Positions 27,398-36,819 of a stretch of 64,000 nt of DNA are shown one piece after another (the stretch's first letter is position 1; each line of letters begins with the position of its first letter). This stretch comes from Candidatus Poribacteria bacterium. GTDB taxonomy: Bacteria; Poribacteria; WGA-4E; PCPOR2b. The notes below the pieces were generated by a model, which was given only the letters and a program-made list of their open reading frames with translations, did no database searches and was not told the origin of the DNA. The stretch covers positions 288,001 through 352,000 of the forward strand of contig OZ242326.1 of the NCBI GenBank assembly GCA_965208325.1. Direction: 5' to 3'. The translations under genes and the position numbers were made by a program.

Positions 27398-28783
27398 ATG
27401 TCTTCATATAATGTTGCAATAATTGGCGGCGGCCCTGGAGGCTATGTTGCGGCAATCAAAGCGGCCCAATTAGGGGCAAAGGTTTGTCTGATTGAGAAGG
27501 GAGAGTTAGGCGGTACCTGTTTAAATCGAGGATGTATCCCAACCAAAACATTATTCGCTGTTGCTAATTTAGCAACGCAGGTACGGGGCGCTGCCGGATT
27601 TGGCCTTAATATTCAAAGTGCAGAGGTCGATTATACGCAAGTATTAGTGCACAAAAACACCACAGTCAAGCAATTGGCGGAAGGCATCTCAAAATTACTA
27701 AAAGGTAACGATGTTCATACAATCAATGGAATAGGGTCGCTCACTAGCAGGAATACGATTGAAGTGGTAAAGTCGGACGGTACACGGATTGAGATTGTGG
27801 CGGAGAAAATTATCATTGCTACAGGCTCGGAGCCCGCAAATTTCCCAGTGTTTGAGATTGATGAACGGCAAGTATTTACCACAACAGGAGGGCTTGAACT
27901 CAATGAGCTCCCCTCCAGCATAATTATCATAGGCGGCGGCGTGTCCGGCTGTGAATTCGCGTCAATTTTCAACGGACTTGGCTGTAAAGTAACTATTCTT
28001 GAGCTGCTGCCGACTATCCTGGCAACCGAAGATAAACAGGTTGTACGACAACTTCGAGTTTTCATGAAACGGAAGGGTATCGACATTCATACAGATGCTA
28101 ATGTGACGAGAGTAGAAAAATGTGAAAATGGGGTTACGGCAACGATGGAGTCGGGAGAGAAGATTAGCGCGCAAAGAATGCTAGTTTCAATTGGTAGAAC
28201 GCTCAACTCGGACAGTATCGGATTGGAAGCGGTGGGGATTCGTAAAAGTGCTGCGGGAAAGATTATTGTCAACGAAAAGATGGAAACGAACGTGCCCGGT
28301 ATTTATGCGGTTGGCGATGTCGCAAGCCGGTATCTTTTGGCACACGTCGCATCGGCGGAAGGCATCGTTGCAGCGCAGAATTGCATGGGTGAGAACGTTA
28401 GGATGGATTACAGTACCGTGCCGTGGTGTGTTTTCACCATACCTGAACTTGCTAGAGTAGGTATGACGGAGGAAGAGGCGGTCGGCGAGGGTTATAAAAT
28501 CAAAATCGGAAGATTTCCATATGCGGCAAGCGGGAAAGCGTTGGGCATGCGAGAAACAGAGGGATTCGTCAAAGTCATTTCCGATTCAGAATCCGGCGAC
28601 ATACTTGGCGTACACATACTTGGGGCAAATGCTTCAGACCTAATCCATGAAGCGGTTGTTGCTATTCGGCTAGGTGCATCAGTTGCGGACCTCGCTCACA
28701 CAATTCACGCACATCCGACCCTTGCCGAAGCCGTAATGGAATCGGCTGAAGCCGCACACAATCGTGCAATTCACATGTTGTAA
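27398..28783 (+). CDS. lpdA: Dihydrolipoyl dehydrogenase
   Basis: IIGGGPGGY, GGTCLNRGCIPTK, GGGVSGCEFA, YAVGD and HAHPTLAE. Confidence 0.96.
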   Translation: MSSYNVAIIGGGPGGYVAAIKAAQLGAKVCLIEKGELGGTCLNRGCIPTKTLFAVANLATQVRGAAGFGLNIQSAEVDYTQVLVHKNTTVKQLAEGISKLLKGNDVHTINGIGSLTSRNTIEVVKSDGTRIEIVAEKIIIATGSEPANFPVFEIDERQVFTTTGGLELNELPSSIIIIGGGVSGCEFASIFNGLGCKVTILELLPTILATEDKQVVRQLRVFMKRKGIDIHTDANVTRVEKCENGVTATMESGEKISAQRMLVSIGRTLNSDSIGLEAVGIRKSAAGKIIVNEKMETNVPGIYAVGDVASRYLLAHVASAEGIVAAQNCMGENVRMDYSTVPWCVFTIPELARVGMTEEEAVGEGYKIKIGRFPYAASGKALGMRETEGFVKVISDSESGDILGVHILGANASDLIHEAVVAIRLGASVADLAHTIHAHPTLAEAVMESAEAAHNRAIHML

Positions 28784-28884
28784 ATGGCGATTTTAAACTC
28801 GCGGCAGATGAACCGGCTTTAGTTTCCTCGAATTTCCGAAAAATAATGCGGCCGCAACTAACTCATTTTCCAATTCCAATTGTG

Positions 28885-29292
28885 ATGGAAATTGTCAGAG
28901 CAGAGCTCACCGATGTCGAAATACTCGCTGAACTAAACAAACGTCTTATTAAGGACGAACATCACCCAAATTCAATGAGCATAATTCAGCTTATTCAACG
29001 AATGAAAACATGGTTAGAGGAGGAATACGTTTGCTATTTGGCGAAAGAAAATGGAAGCATTATAGCGTACTGCATGTATAAAGATGAAGGCAAATATTAC
29101 TACATGAGGCAGTTGTTCGTAGACAGAGAACATCGCCGAAAAGGAATCGCTACTAGGTTTCTCAATTGGTTGTACGAAAATATTTGGACGGATAAGAAAG
29201 TCAGACTGGACGTATTAGCTCACAACGAAGATGCTGTAGCATTCTACAAAAAATATGGTTTTAAAATCGGTGTTTTCAGAATGGAAAAATGA
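28885..29292 (+). CDS. GNAT family N-acetyltransferase
   Basis: LFVDREHRRKGIA and NEDAVAFYKKYGF. Start set at MEIVRA. Confidence 0.88.
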   Translation: MEIVRAELTDVEILAELNKRLIKDEHHPNSMSIIQLIQRMKTWLEEEYVCYLAKENGSIIAYCMYKDEGKYYYMRQLFVDREHRRKGIATRFLNWLYENIWTDKKVRLDVLAHNEDAVAFYKKYGFKIGVFRMEK

Positions 29293-29353
29293 GGTGTGGA
29301 AAATCAGAAATGCTGCATTAACTAAGCGGCGATTTGCAAAATTTGATTGCAAT

Positions 29354-29569
29354 AGACATCTTTCCAAAATAATATCACCGCCCGATAGCCCCAGAAGGGT
29401 GACAGGTATATAGAAATCACTGTTACACATCAACATCTAGCCCCAGCGGGGCGGCAGGTGTAAAACGACTACCCTCACATTGGGCTAATACGCTGTAGGG
29501 GCAAGCCTTGTGATTGCCCTTAACGCTTCGGTTTTGTCATCCACATTGAGTAAATTAAGAAAGATGTCT
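29354..29569. mobile_element. MITE (216 bp) with AGACATCTTTC terminal inverted repeats and an AAT target-site duplication
   Basis: aat-AGACATCTTTCC...GAAAGATGTCT-aat; homologous to 56846-57009. Confidence 0.8.
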
Positions 29570-29651
29570 AATGGGATGAATTATACCTCTAAACCGCGGT
29601 AAAAATCGTCATTGGGATTTATTATCTACGATCGGAAGGGACCAATATCAA

Positions 29652-30341
29652 TTGAATAAAAAGGCTGTAGTCCTGTTGAGCGGCGGGGTAGATTCAACCA
29701 CGACGCTCGCCATTGCTCAATCCCAAGGTTACGAAGTGTGGGCTATGAGTTTTCGTTATGGCCAACGGCACGCCCTAGAACTTGACCGGGCGCGGGATAT
29801 CGCTGCATCGATGAAGGCGAAAAAACACATCATTGTAGATATCGATCTGCGGGCATTTGGCGGTTCCGCTTTGACCGATGAGATTGATGTACCGAAGGAC
29901 CGATTCGAAGACGAAATCGGCGACGGAATTCCTATCACATACGTTCCCGGTAGAAACACAATATTTTTGTCGTTTGCAATGGCGTGGGCAGAGACTTTGG
30001 AAATTGATACCATTTTCATTGGCGTTAATGCCCTCGACTACTCGGGATACCCAGATTGCCGGCCGGAGTTCATTGAAGCCTATCAGCGAATGGCAAACAT
30101 GGCGACAAAGGCTGGGGTCGAGGGCAAAACGGAACTTAAGATTCTGACGCCCTTAATTTCAATGACGAAAGCGGAGATTATACAAAAGGGATCTGAATTG
30201 GGCGTTGACTACGGATTAACCCTTAGCTGTTACGATCCAGATGATTTTGGCAGAGCATGCGGATTGTGTGACAGTTGTTTTTTAAGGAAGAAGGGATTTG
30301 CTGAAGCCGGGGTTATTGATGGAATTACATATCTGTCATAA
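29652..30341 (+). CDS. queC: 7-cyano-7-deazaguanine synthase
   Basis: [28 protein letters not shown] and SCY...CGLCDSC. Confidence 0.97.
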   Translation: MNKKAVVLLSGGVDSTTTLAIAQSQGYEVWAMSFRYGQRHALELDRARDIAASMKAKKHIIVDIDLRAFGGSALTDEIDVPKDRFEDEIGDGIPITYVPGRNTIFLSFAMAWAETLEIDTIFIGVNALDYSGYPDCRPEFIEAYQRMANMATKAGVEGKTELKILTPLISMTKAEIIQKGSELGVDYGLTLSCYDPDDFGRACGLCDSCFLRKKGFAEAGVIDGITYLS

Positions 30342-30451
30342 ACCGGTTATGCATTGTTTTCGGCAAGTTGTTTGAATGTTGGGATAGTGCGTGGGAGATG
30401 TCGCCTTTCTAAACAATCTTTGACTAGGGCGTGTGCATCAATTAGATTACT

Positions 30452-31903
30452 TCAGCAGGTATTACTTTTGTCGATGTACGCTCTTAAACGTGCAATCGCA
30501 CGTCCGCTGTCGATTGCTTCCTTGGTTTGTTCAATTGCTTCCTGAGGGTCGGGGAAAAACCCCAGCAGATAGTCTGCAATCGCTGAATTGAGCAAAATTC
30601 GGTCGTACACATGTCCCTTCTGACCGGATAAAGCTGCTACTCCAGCTTCGGCAAACGCTTCGGCGCTCACTGATTCCAATCTAGGGTTTTTTTCGTAATG
30701 GAACCCGTATGATTCCGGATTTATGTCCAGTGCAAATTCCTGCTTGCCGCCGTCTACACGCTTAAAACCCTGCGTATAATTAATCGCTTTCCGGTCTGCA
30801 ACAGAGGGTTTGCCAAGGCGCATTGCGTAATGGCTTGTGCCCTCCTCTCCCTTTGTCACCAGTCCGGAATTGAACCCGCGTTCCCGCATCAACTGGAGCA
30901 GAGGTTCCTCGTAACCGGGATGGTAATAGCCAACAATCATATGGTTTGAGTTTGCGGTAAATAACTGTTGCGCTTTTTCGGTCGCCGCCCAAGGCGGGCG
31001 TTTTTTGATGTGCATACGCAATTCACGAATAGCGTAAGCTCCGGGCGAATATTCCCTCTGACTAACATAAGCAAACCCAACCGCTGAATCTTCAATTAAA
31101 TTTGCAGCTTTCTCAAGTGGGAGATTTGTGCGAGCGCCGAGCGTCTTCAGTATTTGCTCTTCCGTTATCCCGAGTTTCGGGGGCATTTCATCTACCCCGT
31201 GCAGAATTGACGCTTCGCCAAGCGCGGCACGCACGGCTGCAATAAACACTGTTGGTCTAAAATACCGCGTGGAACCATCATACGGCTCGCCAAAATGCGT
31301 CAGTGAATTGACGGAGACATGACGGACCTGCTCAGGGGCGAAGACTGAATCCATATAACCGCGCACTTCGTCGTAGGTTTCACGGTTCATACGTTGGCCG
31401 ATAAGGGCAGCGCCTTTCAATGCCGCTTTTACTTGCCCGTTCAAAATCGCTTCGCCCATTGACCGCGTTTCTTCCGAGGTCAGATGTTCACCCCTCAAAA
31501 TTTTGTCAAGGGATTTTTTGACAATTTCCTCTTGCGGGTTTGCGGCTCGATATCCGAGATTTGGATCCAAGATAAACCTAATATCGGGGGGAAGGCAGGA
31601 ATAGAGGTCTGTCTGGAATTTCTCAAATGCTGAGACTTCTGCTTCACTCCATTGCGTTTCCTTTGGAAAGTAGTTTCGGATTGTCATTGCAGCAAAAAAA
31701 GCGCCCATTTGAGCTTCTGAAACCATATCTTCCCGAGAAATCTCTCCCCGCACAGATTTCAAAATCGTACCAAATGTCATTTCGGGCTGGATTGAATCCG
31801 TCGCACTTATTCCTAGAGGACGAGTCTGGTGAGGCCCGGTGCATACTCGCGCTTGCGCTTCTAACACATCTTTATTGGGGCCCGGATATTGCCTTTGATG
31901 CAC
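30452..31903 (-). CDS. Anthranilate-phosphoribosyltransferase-like (glycosyltransferase family 3, YbiB-like) protein
   Basis: GPHQTRPL, QMGAFFAAM, HFGEPYDG, LHGVDEMPPK, RPPWAATEK, GYYHPGY and KGEEGT. A GTG at 31903 follows GGAGAG. Confidence 0.75.
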   Translation of the reverse strand: MHQRQYPGPNKDVLEAQARVCTGPHQTRPLGISATDSIQPEMTFGTILKSVRGEISREDMVSEAQMGAFFAAMTIRNYFPKETQWSEAEVSAFEKFQTDLYSCLPPDIRFILDPNLGYRAANPQEEIVKKSLDKILRGEHLTSEETRSMGEAILNGQVKAALKGAALIGQRMNRETYDEVRGYMDSVFAPEQVRHVSVNSLTHFGEPYDGSTRYFRPTVFIAAVRAALGEASILHGVDEMPPKLGITEEQILKTLGARTNLPLEKAANLIEDSAVGFAYVSQREYSPGAYAIRELRMHIKKRPPWAATEKAQQLFTANSNHMIVGYYHPGYEEPLLQLMRERGFNSGLVTKGEEGTSHYAMRLGKPSVADRKAINYTQGFKRVDGGKQEFALDINPESYGFHYEKNPRLESVSAEAFAEAGVAALSGQKGHVYDRILLNSAIADYLLGFFPDPQEAIEQTKEAIDSGRAIARLRAYIDKSNTC

Positions 31904-32090
31904 GTTTTCTCTCCGTTCGCCATGAAAGCCGGGCAAGATGCTCGGTTAACAATGATTGCTGAGTCGGAAAATTCCGTTTGTGTTCTTGAGAATCGGTCAA
32001 CCACAATTTGCGGCGCATAGGGGCTGAGTAAGATTCACCGGGGATTTTAGGTTAATTCACAGCGGCTATAACGGGCATGGGCGCCTAACG

Positions 32091-32127
32091 AAATAAAAGC
32101 CCTACACCTTCGGTCTGGCGTAGGGCT
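32091..32127 (-). terminator. Rho-independent terminator of the vanZ-led operon
   Basis: Minus strand: AGCCCTAC...GTAGGGCT stem followed by TTTATTT. Confidence 0.7.
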
Positions 32128-32156
32128 AATTATCGGAACGCATAGAAAACCACAGT

Positions 32157-33149
32157 TTAAAACAAGAGATCGTCGCCAGTTTCTGGGGTTTCCGGGGCAA
32201 TTATAGCTTGTTTTTTGCCGCCGACAGTCAGATAGAATTGGAAACCGGGTTCATTCACAAAACCAACATAAAAGGCAGATGTATTAGAGAGTTGGTAGCG
32301 CAATCCGAGGCTGAGCAAGTTAGTGATTGTGACGCCGCTAAGTGACAAAGCCCGCGAAAAGTCGCCTGCCAACCATAAGTCCTCAGAAAATGCCAACTCA
32401 CCGCCCAATTGCCATATCAAAGTGAACGAATCCGTAGTCTTGAGTGACTTCGATGAAAGATATGCCCCCAAGGCGCTGTGTGCGTTTAGGTATTCATTGA
32501 ACTTCTGTGTACCTACCAGATAGGTGTCGATTCCAACAAACGGAAAACTATCGTGAGGGGTTCGGTCGAGAAACTCATTGTCCGTATTTAGCCTATTGTC
32601 GGCGGTATACCCAATCTGAATGTCTCCACCCACCGATAAGCTAGGCAGCCCATCATGCACCTCAGGTTTGATATTATATTTGAGTCCAATAACGGTGTCA
32701 AACAGCGCTTGATTGTAGACACGCCTGTTTTCTACCGGGTCGAGTGGCAATGCATCTTTATCCGCGTCGTGGACTCGATAAAAATCAGGGATAATCTTGC
32801 GGACGCCGCCAGTGGCGAAGGTGCCGCCCAAGGTAAAATCTAATCTATCGCTGAGACCATAGGTGAATCGTATCGGCGCCAAAAAAGTCTCAATCTCCAG
32901 TTCGACAAGATGAAATTCTTCAAAACCTCCAACAACCACGCGTTGTCTGTTTTCAGGCATTCGCCTTTCTTTCTCGAATTGGAAAAGCCCAAAGTTAGTC
33001 GTGTAACCTCCTTTACCAAGCGTATCAGCCGTTTGCATCACGCCAAGTTGGGGTGCTGACGCTTTTCCAACCGTAGGGATTATGGCTACGGCGATAACAG
33101 TGGAGATTATTAGAAGACATCGGCCTCGCGGTAATGGAAGAATTTGCAT
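32157..33149 (-). CDS. Hypothetical exported protein, probable outer-membrane beta-barrel
   Basis: Signal peptide; TADTLGKG motif; amphipathic strands (FTYGLSDRLDFTLG, WQLGGEL, LGLRYQL). AAGGAG precedes ATG 33149. Confidence 0.65.
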   Translation of the reverse strand: MQILPLPRGRCLLIISTVIAVAIIPTVGKASAPQLGVMQTADTLGKGGYTTNFGLFQFEKERRMPENRQRVVVGGFEEFHLVELEIETFLAPIRFTYGLSDRLDFTLGGTFATGGVRKIIPDFYRVHDADKDALPLDPVENRRVYNQALFDTVIGLKYNIKPEVHDGLPSLSVGGDIQIGYTADNRLNTDNEFLDRTPHDSFPFVGIDTYLVGTQKFNEYLNAHSALGAYLSSKSLKTTDSFTLIWQLGGELAFSEDLWLAGDFSRALSLSGVTITNLLSLGLRYQLSNTSAFYVGFVNEPGFQFYLTVGGKKQAIIAPETPETGDDLLF

Positions 33150-33261
33150 GGATCTCCTTACACTAGAAATTTTGAGTATTGCCAACTCTATGAGTAGGTA
33201 CAAGCCCTAATCTCGTTGCAATAGTTGAATTTAACCGTGTGAAGTGAAAAATCGGCGGCTT

Positions 33262-34410
33262 TCAATTGAAAGGCACCCGCTCGCTTTCATCCAAACTGCC
33301 GTCGGGCCTCGACGTGTCATCAAACGCCGAAATGAAATATTTACGCGGTACACGCCGTTGCCCGTCGAGGAGCAGCGGCTCCGATTCGTATGTGACTTGC
33401 GTCTCTTTTGGCTTAAATTTTGCCCGAAAAACCAAATCATCCCCTAAAACCAACGGCCCGCCAACTCTCGTTGTCGCGTAGATATGATAGCCGGCGAGGT
33501 CGCGTTCGGTGTTTCGAGCCCAAGAAAGAGTAACGACATATTTGCCGGTCCACGGGTCTACCCATCCTACTGCCGCGACGTTCCGTGGTGAAGCTGGCGG
33601 CAAATGCGGTGAAGTGGCATTGAATTTTGTTTCTGCTTCAACACCGAATTGGTCTACAGCGATGACTCGATAGACTTTGGTAATCCCGTCATGGTCGAAG
33701 CTAGTATCGAAGAAGTAGATGGGTTCATTTCCAAAGCGCTGGCCTTCCGTAAGTTCATTAAACGAAATTTCACCAAGCAGTTTAAATAGCGGAAGGTCTC
33801 CGGACGATGAGGTTTTACCGGCGAGCACGCGAAAGGTTTTAAAATCATCCGGGAAGTGATAATCTTCCCAAAATAGTTTGACAGTTAAATCATCCACTTG
33901 ATCGCCAATGTGGACGATTGGATCGGGGGGCGGGACGCTCGGCGTGACGCGTGCATTTGGCCAAATTCGAAGCGGGACATCGTTGTCATCTAGCAGCTCA
34001 TTCGGATCGGGAGTTTCAACTCCGTTTTTGTCTACATAGGAGATTCGGTAGACGTAGTAAAGTTGTCTGCCTTGCGTGAGATCAAACGCATCGTTGACGA
34101 GACCTTCATCAATAAAAACCGAAGTCGCGGCATCAACCTCCCCAACAAGTTCAAACGGAGAATCGGTGTCGCCCGTAAACCATCGATAAATCCGATAATT
34201 GACAATTCCCTCAAATCCGGTATTCTGCCACGAAACTGTTACTTGTGCATCGCCGGCATGCAGCTCTAAGCCAGGAGGTGAACCTGCGGTGCGTAAATTC
34301 TCTGGATCAAATGGATTGACGTAATCTCTATCGTTGGTACATCCGTCCAACAACAGAGCAAAACTGAGAATTGCAACAGGGATTAATGATTCGATACTGA
34401 AAAGTCTCAT
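33262..34410 (-). CDS. Lipoprotein with fibronectin type III-like domains
   Basis: Lipobox LDGC followed by NPFDP; repeated VTVSW...YRIYR, VKLFW and VTLSW...GYHIY. Confidence 0.8.
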   Translation of the reverse strand: MRLFSIESLIPVAILSFALLLDGCTNDRDYVNPFDPENLRTAGSPPGLELHAGDAQVTVSWQNTGFEGIVNYRIYRWFTGDTDSPFELVGEVDAATSVFIDEGLVNDAFDLTQGRQLYYVYRISYVDKNGVETPDPNELLDDNDVPLRIWPNARVTPSVPPPDPIVHIGDQVDDLTVKLFWEDYHFPDDFKTFRVLAGKTSSSGDLPLFKLLGEISFNELTEGQRFGNEPIYFFDTSFDHDGITKVYRVIAVDQFGVEAETKFNATSPHLPPASPRNVAAVGWVDPWTGKYVVTLSWARNTERDLAGYHIYATTRVGGPLVLGDDLVFRAKFKPKETQVTYESEPLLLDGQRRVPRKYFISAFDDTSRPDGSLDESERVPFN

Positions 34411-34424
34411 GCTGCCATTTCCCT

Positions 34425-34871
34425 TCAGAATCGGTGTTTAAACAAAACCTTGGCTTCCTGAGTTTCCACGTTGTAGCTCGGCGTTAGTCCGATCCTGAGT
34501 AACGAAGTCGCAGATGAATTAGAAATCAAATTCAGGTTATCGAAGATTGAAATCAACGCAGCCAACCCGACAAATCCCATCCCTATCCCAGACATTAACG
34601 CACTAGAATCACGTTTATTTGTATAGTCTGCCCTTTGTTTAACAATGTCGCCTTGTACGGCTGCATTTAAGTATAAATCAAAGGAATCTTCGGCAGATTT
34701 ATCGACGATGACGCTCCCAAATTTTAATCCCATACCAGAGGCAAACAGAGCAATCGTTAGCAGGCGCGTACCATCCGCAGCTTGTGAGGAAGGGATTCGA
34801 ATTGAAAAATACAACATGCAGCATGCAATGACAAAGACTGCAATCTTCCTAATCCTAGGTAGCTTCATCAA
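34425..34871 (-). CDS. Hypothetical membrane/exported protein
   Basis: Signal peptide plus two hydrophobic helices; ATGA overlap with the vanZ stop. Confidence 0.75.
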   Translation of the reverse strand: MMKLPRIRKIAVFVIACCMLYFSIRIPSSQAADGTRLLTIALFASGMGLKFGSVIVDKSAEDSFDLYLNAAVQGDIVKQRADYTNKRDSSALMSGIGMGFVGLAALISIFDNLNLISNSSATSLLRIGLTPSYNVETQEAKVLFKHRF

Positions 34872-35278
34872 GAATCCTCCACAGATAGACCTCGCATCTT
34901 AATCGATGCTTTTGAAAATCGACACCAGAGGTACATCGAAACCACACCCAAGAAACCGCCTAAGCAGTCGGCGGTCCAATCCAGAATGCTAACAACTCTG
35001 CCAGGTACAAAAGACTGGTGCCATTCGTCGCTTGCCCCATAAAGAATTACGAACAGGAATGAGAAGAGCCAAGGAGCGCGGCGAATAACGTTAATAGAAA
35101 CATTCACGAATGCATGCGCAACCAAAATTCCTAGGACAGTGTACTCTAGAACGTGATATAATTTATCAAGGATATGCCAATCTACATTGGGGATATGCGG
35201 TTTGGATAGTGAAGAAAAATAAAAAATTATCGCCATGCAACCTAGCGGCGGTAACCAATATTTTAAAAATCGTAGGAT
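34868..35278 (-). CDS. VanZ family membrane protein
   Basis: YWLP..MAIIFYFSS, DKLYHVLEY, YGASDEWHQSFVPGR and DWTAD. The start is probably ATC at 35278 (see findings); the ORF track gives TTG 35359. Confidence 0.88.
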   Translation of the reverse strand: MLRFLKYWLPPLGCMAIIFYFSSLSKPHIPNVDWHILDKLYHVLEYTVLGILVAHAFVNVSINVIRRAPWLFSFLFVILYGASDEWHQSFVPGRVVSILDWTADCLGGFLGVVSMYLWCRFSKASIKMRGLSVEDS

Positions 35279-35330
35279 GTAATCCCCTCCAATAAATCGT
35301 GTTACTTTTTTTAGCGCAACGTTAAGGGCA

Positions 35331-35359
35331 ATTATACCTAATATGATTTTTCGTTGCAA
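35331..35359 (-). promoter_or_regulatory. Sigma70-type promoter of the vanZ operon
   Basis: TTGCAA-N17-TATAAT on the minus strand. Confidence 0.7.
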
Positions 35360-35493
35360 GGTTTTTTGCTTTGTGCGTTACGAAAATTCACAATCTCTAG
35401 AGTGCGCTGGCTTTCGAAATTCACATGATTGATTTAGGCAGATTGAAATTAGTAAAATATGTCACACGTACAAATTGAAAGTCGGTTTATGGA

Positions 35494-36168
35494 ATGGTGG
35501 GAGATGTGATGATGCGATTTCGACGTCTGTTTTGGTTGAGTCTTTGTGTTGTTGGACTGACTCCCCTTGGCTGCGGTGATAGCTCGGTTTTGGATATTAG
35601 AGAAAATGAAACTCAAGAAACAACTATCCCGCGCGAAAGCGTTTCAATCATGGGAAGGGTATTGCCAGTCGGGATAATGCCGTTAATTATTGTGCAGAGA
35701 AATGGGATAGACTTCAAGAACACTGTCGCCGACGAAGAGGGAAATTTTACTATTCCAAACCTTCCGGTCGGAGAGTACAGTGTTCGCGTGATTGCGACCG
35801 GCTTCTTTACAGATATATCAATAAACCATTTGCAACTGAAGGCAGGGGAAACGTACGTCGCAGAGCCCGTAACTCTGATTGCGAGATCAGAGGCGGCGAC
35901 GTTGCTTGGACAGGTGGTTGACAAAGCGGACAACACCACTATATCCGATGCCGAGGTTCATGTTGAGTGTTCAACGGGAGTGTGCGCGCTTTTGAGCGCA
36001 ACGTCGGATCAGAATGGAAAATTCTCAATAAAAATTTGGTCTGGCTTAAGCTCAATTTTCAATGTGCAAAAACTAGGATATCAAATATCGTCTTTCCAAG
36101 TGGAAGCCTTAAAACCCAACGAGAAACGCGATTTAGGCAGAATTGAAATGGAACGCATTGAACCGTGA
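35494..36168 (+). CDS. Lipoprotein with two carboxypeptidase-regulatory-like (transthyretin-like) domains
   Basis: Lipobox PLGC; ADEEGNFTIPNLPVGEYSV; GQVVD...SDQNGKF...KLGY. Confidence 0.8.
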   Translation: MVGDVMMRFRRLFWLSLCVVGLTPLGCGDSSVLDIRENETQETTIPRESVSIMGRVLPVGIMPLIIVQRNGIDFKNTVADEEGNFTIPNLPVGEYSVRVIATGFFTDISINHLQLKAGETYVAEPVTLIARSEAATLLGQVVDKADNTTISDAEVHVECSTGVCALLSATSDQNGKFSIKIWSGLSSIFNVQKLGYQISSFQVEALKPNEKRDLGRIEMERIEP

Positions 36169-36344
36169 GGTCGTTTTAAATCCAACAAAAAGTCTGCTCG
36201 CAGTTAGTGTTTCAAAAATCTGTTGTGACTAGTTATCCAAAATTCGTTGGGTTCATTCTCCACGTACAACTAGGCACGAATATTCTGCAACTCATATAGG
36301 CATGCCGCAATTTTCCGGCCTTATTATGTTTAGACCGTCGCGCG

Positions 36345-36698
36345 CTACTTTCTCCGCCAAATAATGCGGCCTCGAGTCAAATCGTACGGCGAAAGTTCAA
36401 CACTAACCTTGTCGCCCGGCAGAATTCTGATGTAGTTTTTCCTCAACTTTCCAGCGATGTGAGCCAAGATCAAGTGCTTATTGTCCAACTCGACACGGAA
36501 CATAGCATTCGGCAGCGTTTCCAAGACGGTACCTTCCACCTGAATTGCGTTGTCCTTCGCTTTCACGTCTGACCTAACTGGATCATCAGATACGTTGTCG
36601 CTCTTGGGCTGCGCATTTCCTTGTTGGTTCTTCCGCTTTTGTTTCTTTTTGAACTGGTATTGTCCAGCACGTCTTTGCGCGGGTTTGCTCTTTTTCAC
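36345..36698 (-). CDS. infA: Translation initiation factor IF-1 with a long basic N-terminal extension
   Basis: [21 protein letters not shown]...[35 protein letters not shown]. Confidence 0.95.
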   Translation of the reverse strand: MKKSKPAQRRAGQYQFKKKQKRKNQQGNAQPKSDNVSDDPVRSDVKAKDNAIQVEGTVLETLPNAMFRVELDNKHLILAHIAGKLRKNYIRILPGDKVSVELSPYDLTRGRIIWRRK

Positions 36699-36819
36699 TC
36701 GTCTTCGTCTCCTTCTTGGAGGTTGGAAATTAATCTAACACTAATTCGCAAAGCGAAATTGGCACTGTCTGCTGTGCTCAATTGGAGCTCGCAGGTAGCT
36801 GTCTGTATCGCAGCCAATT

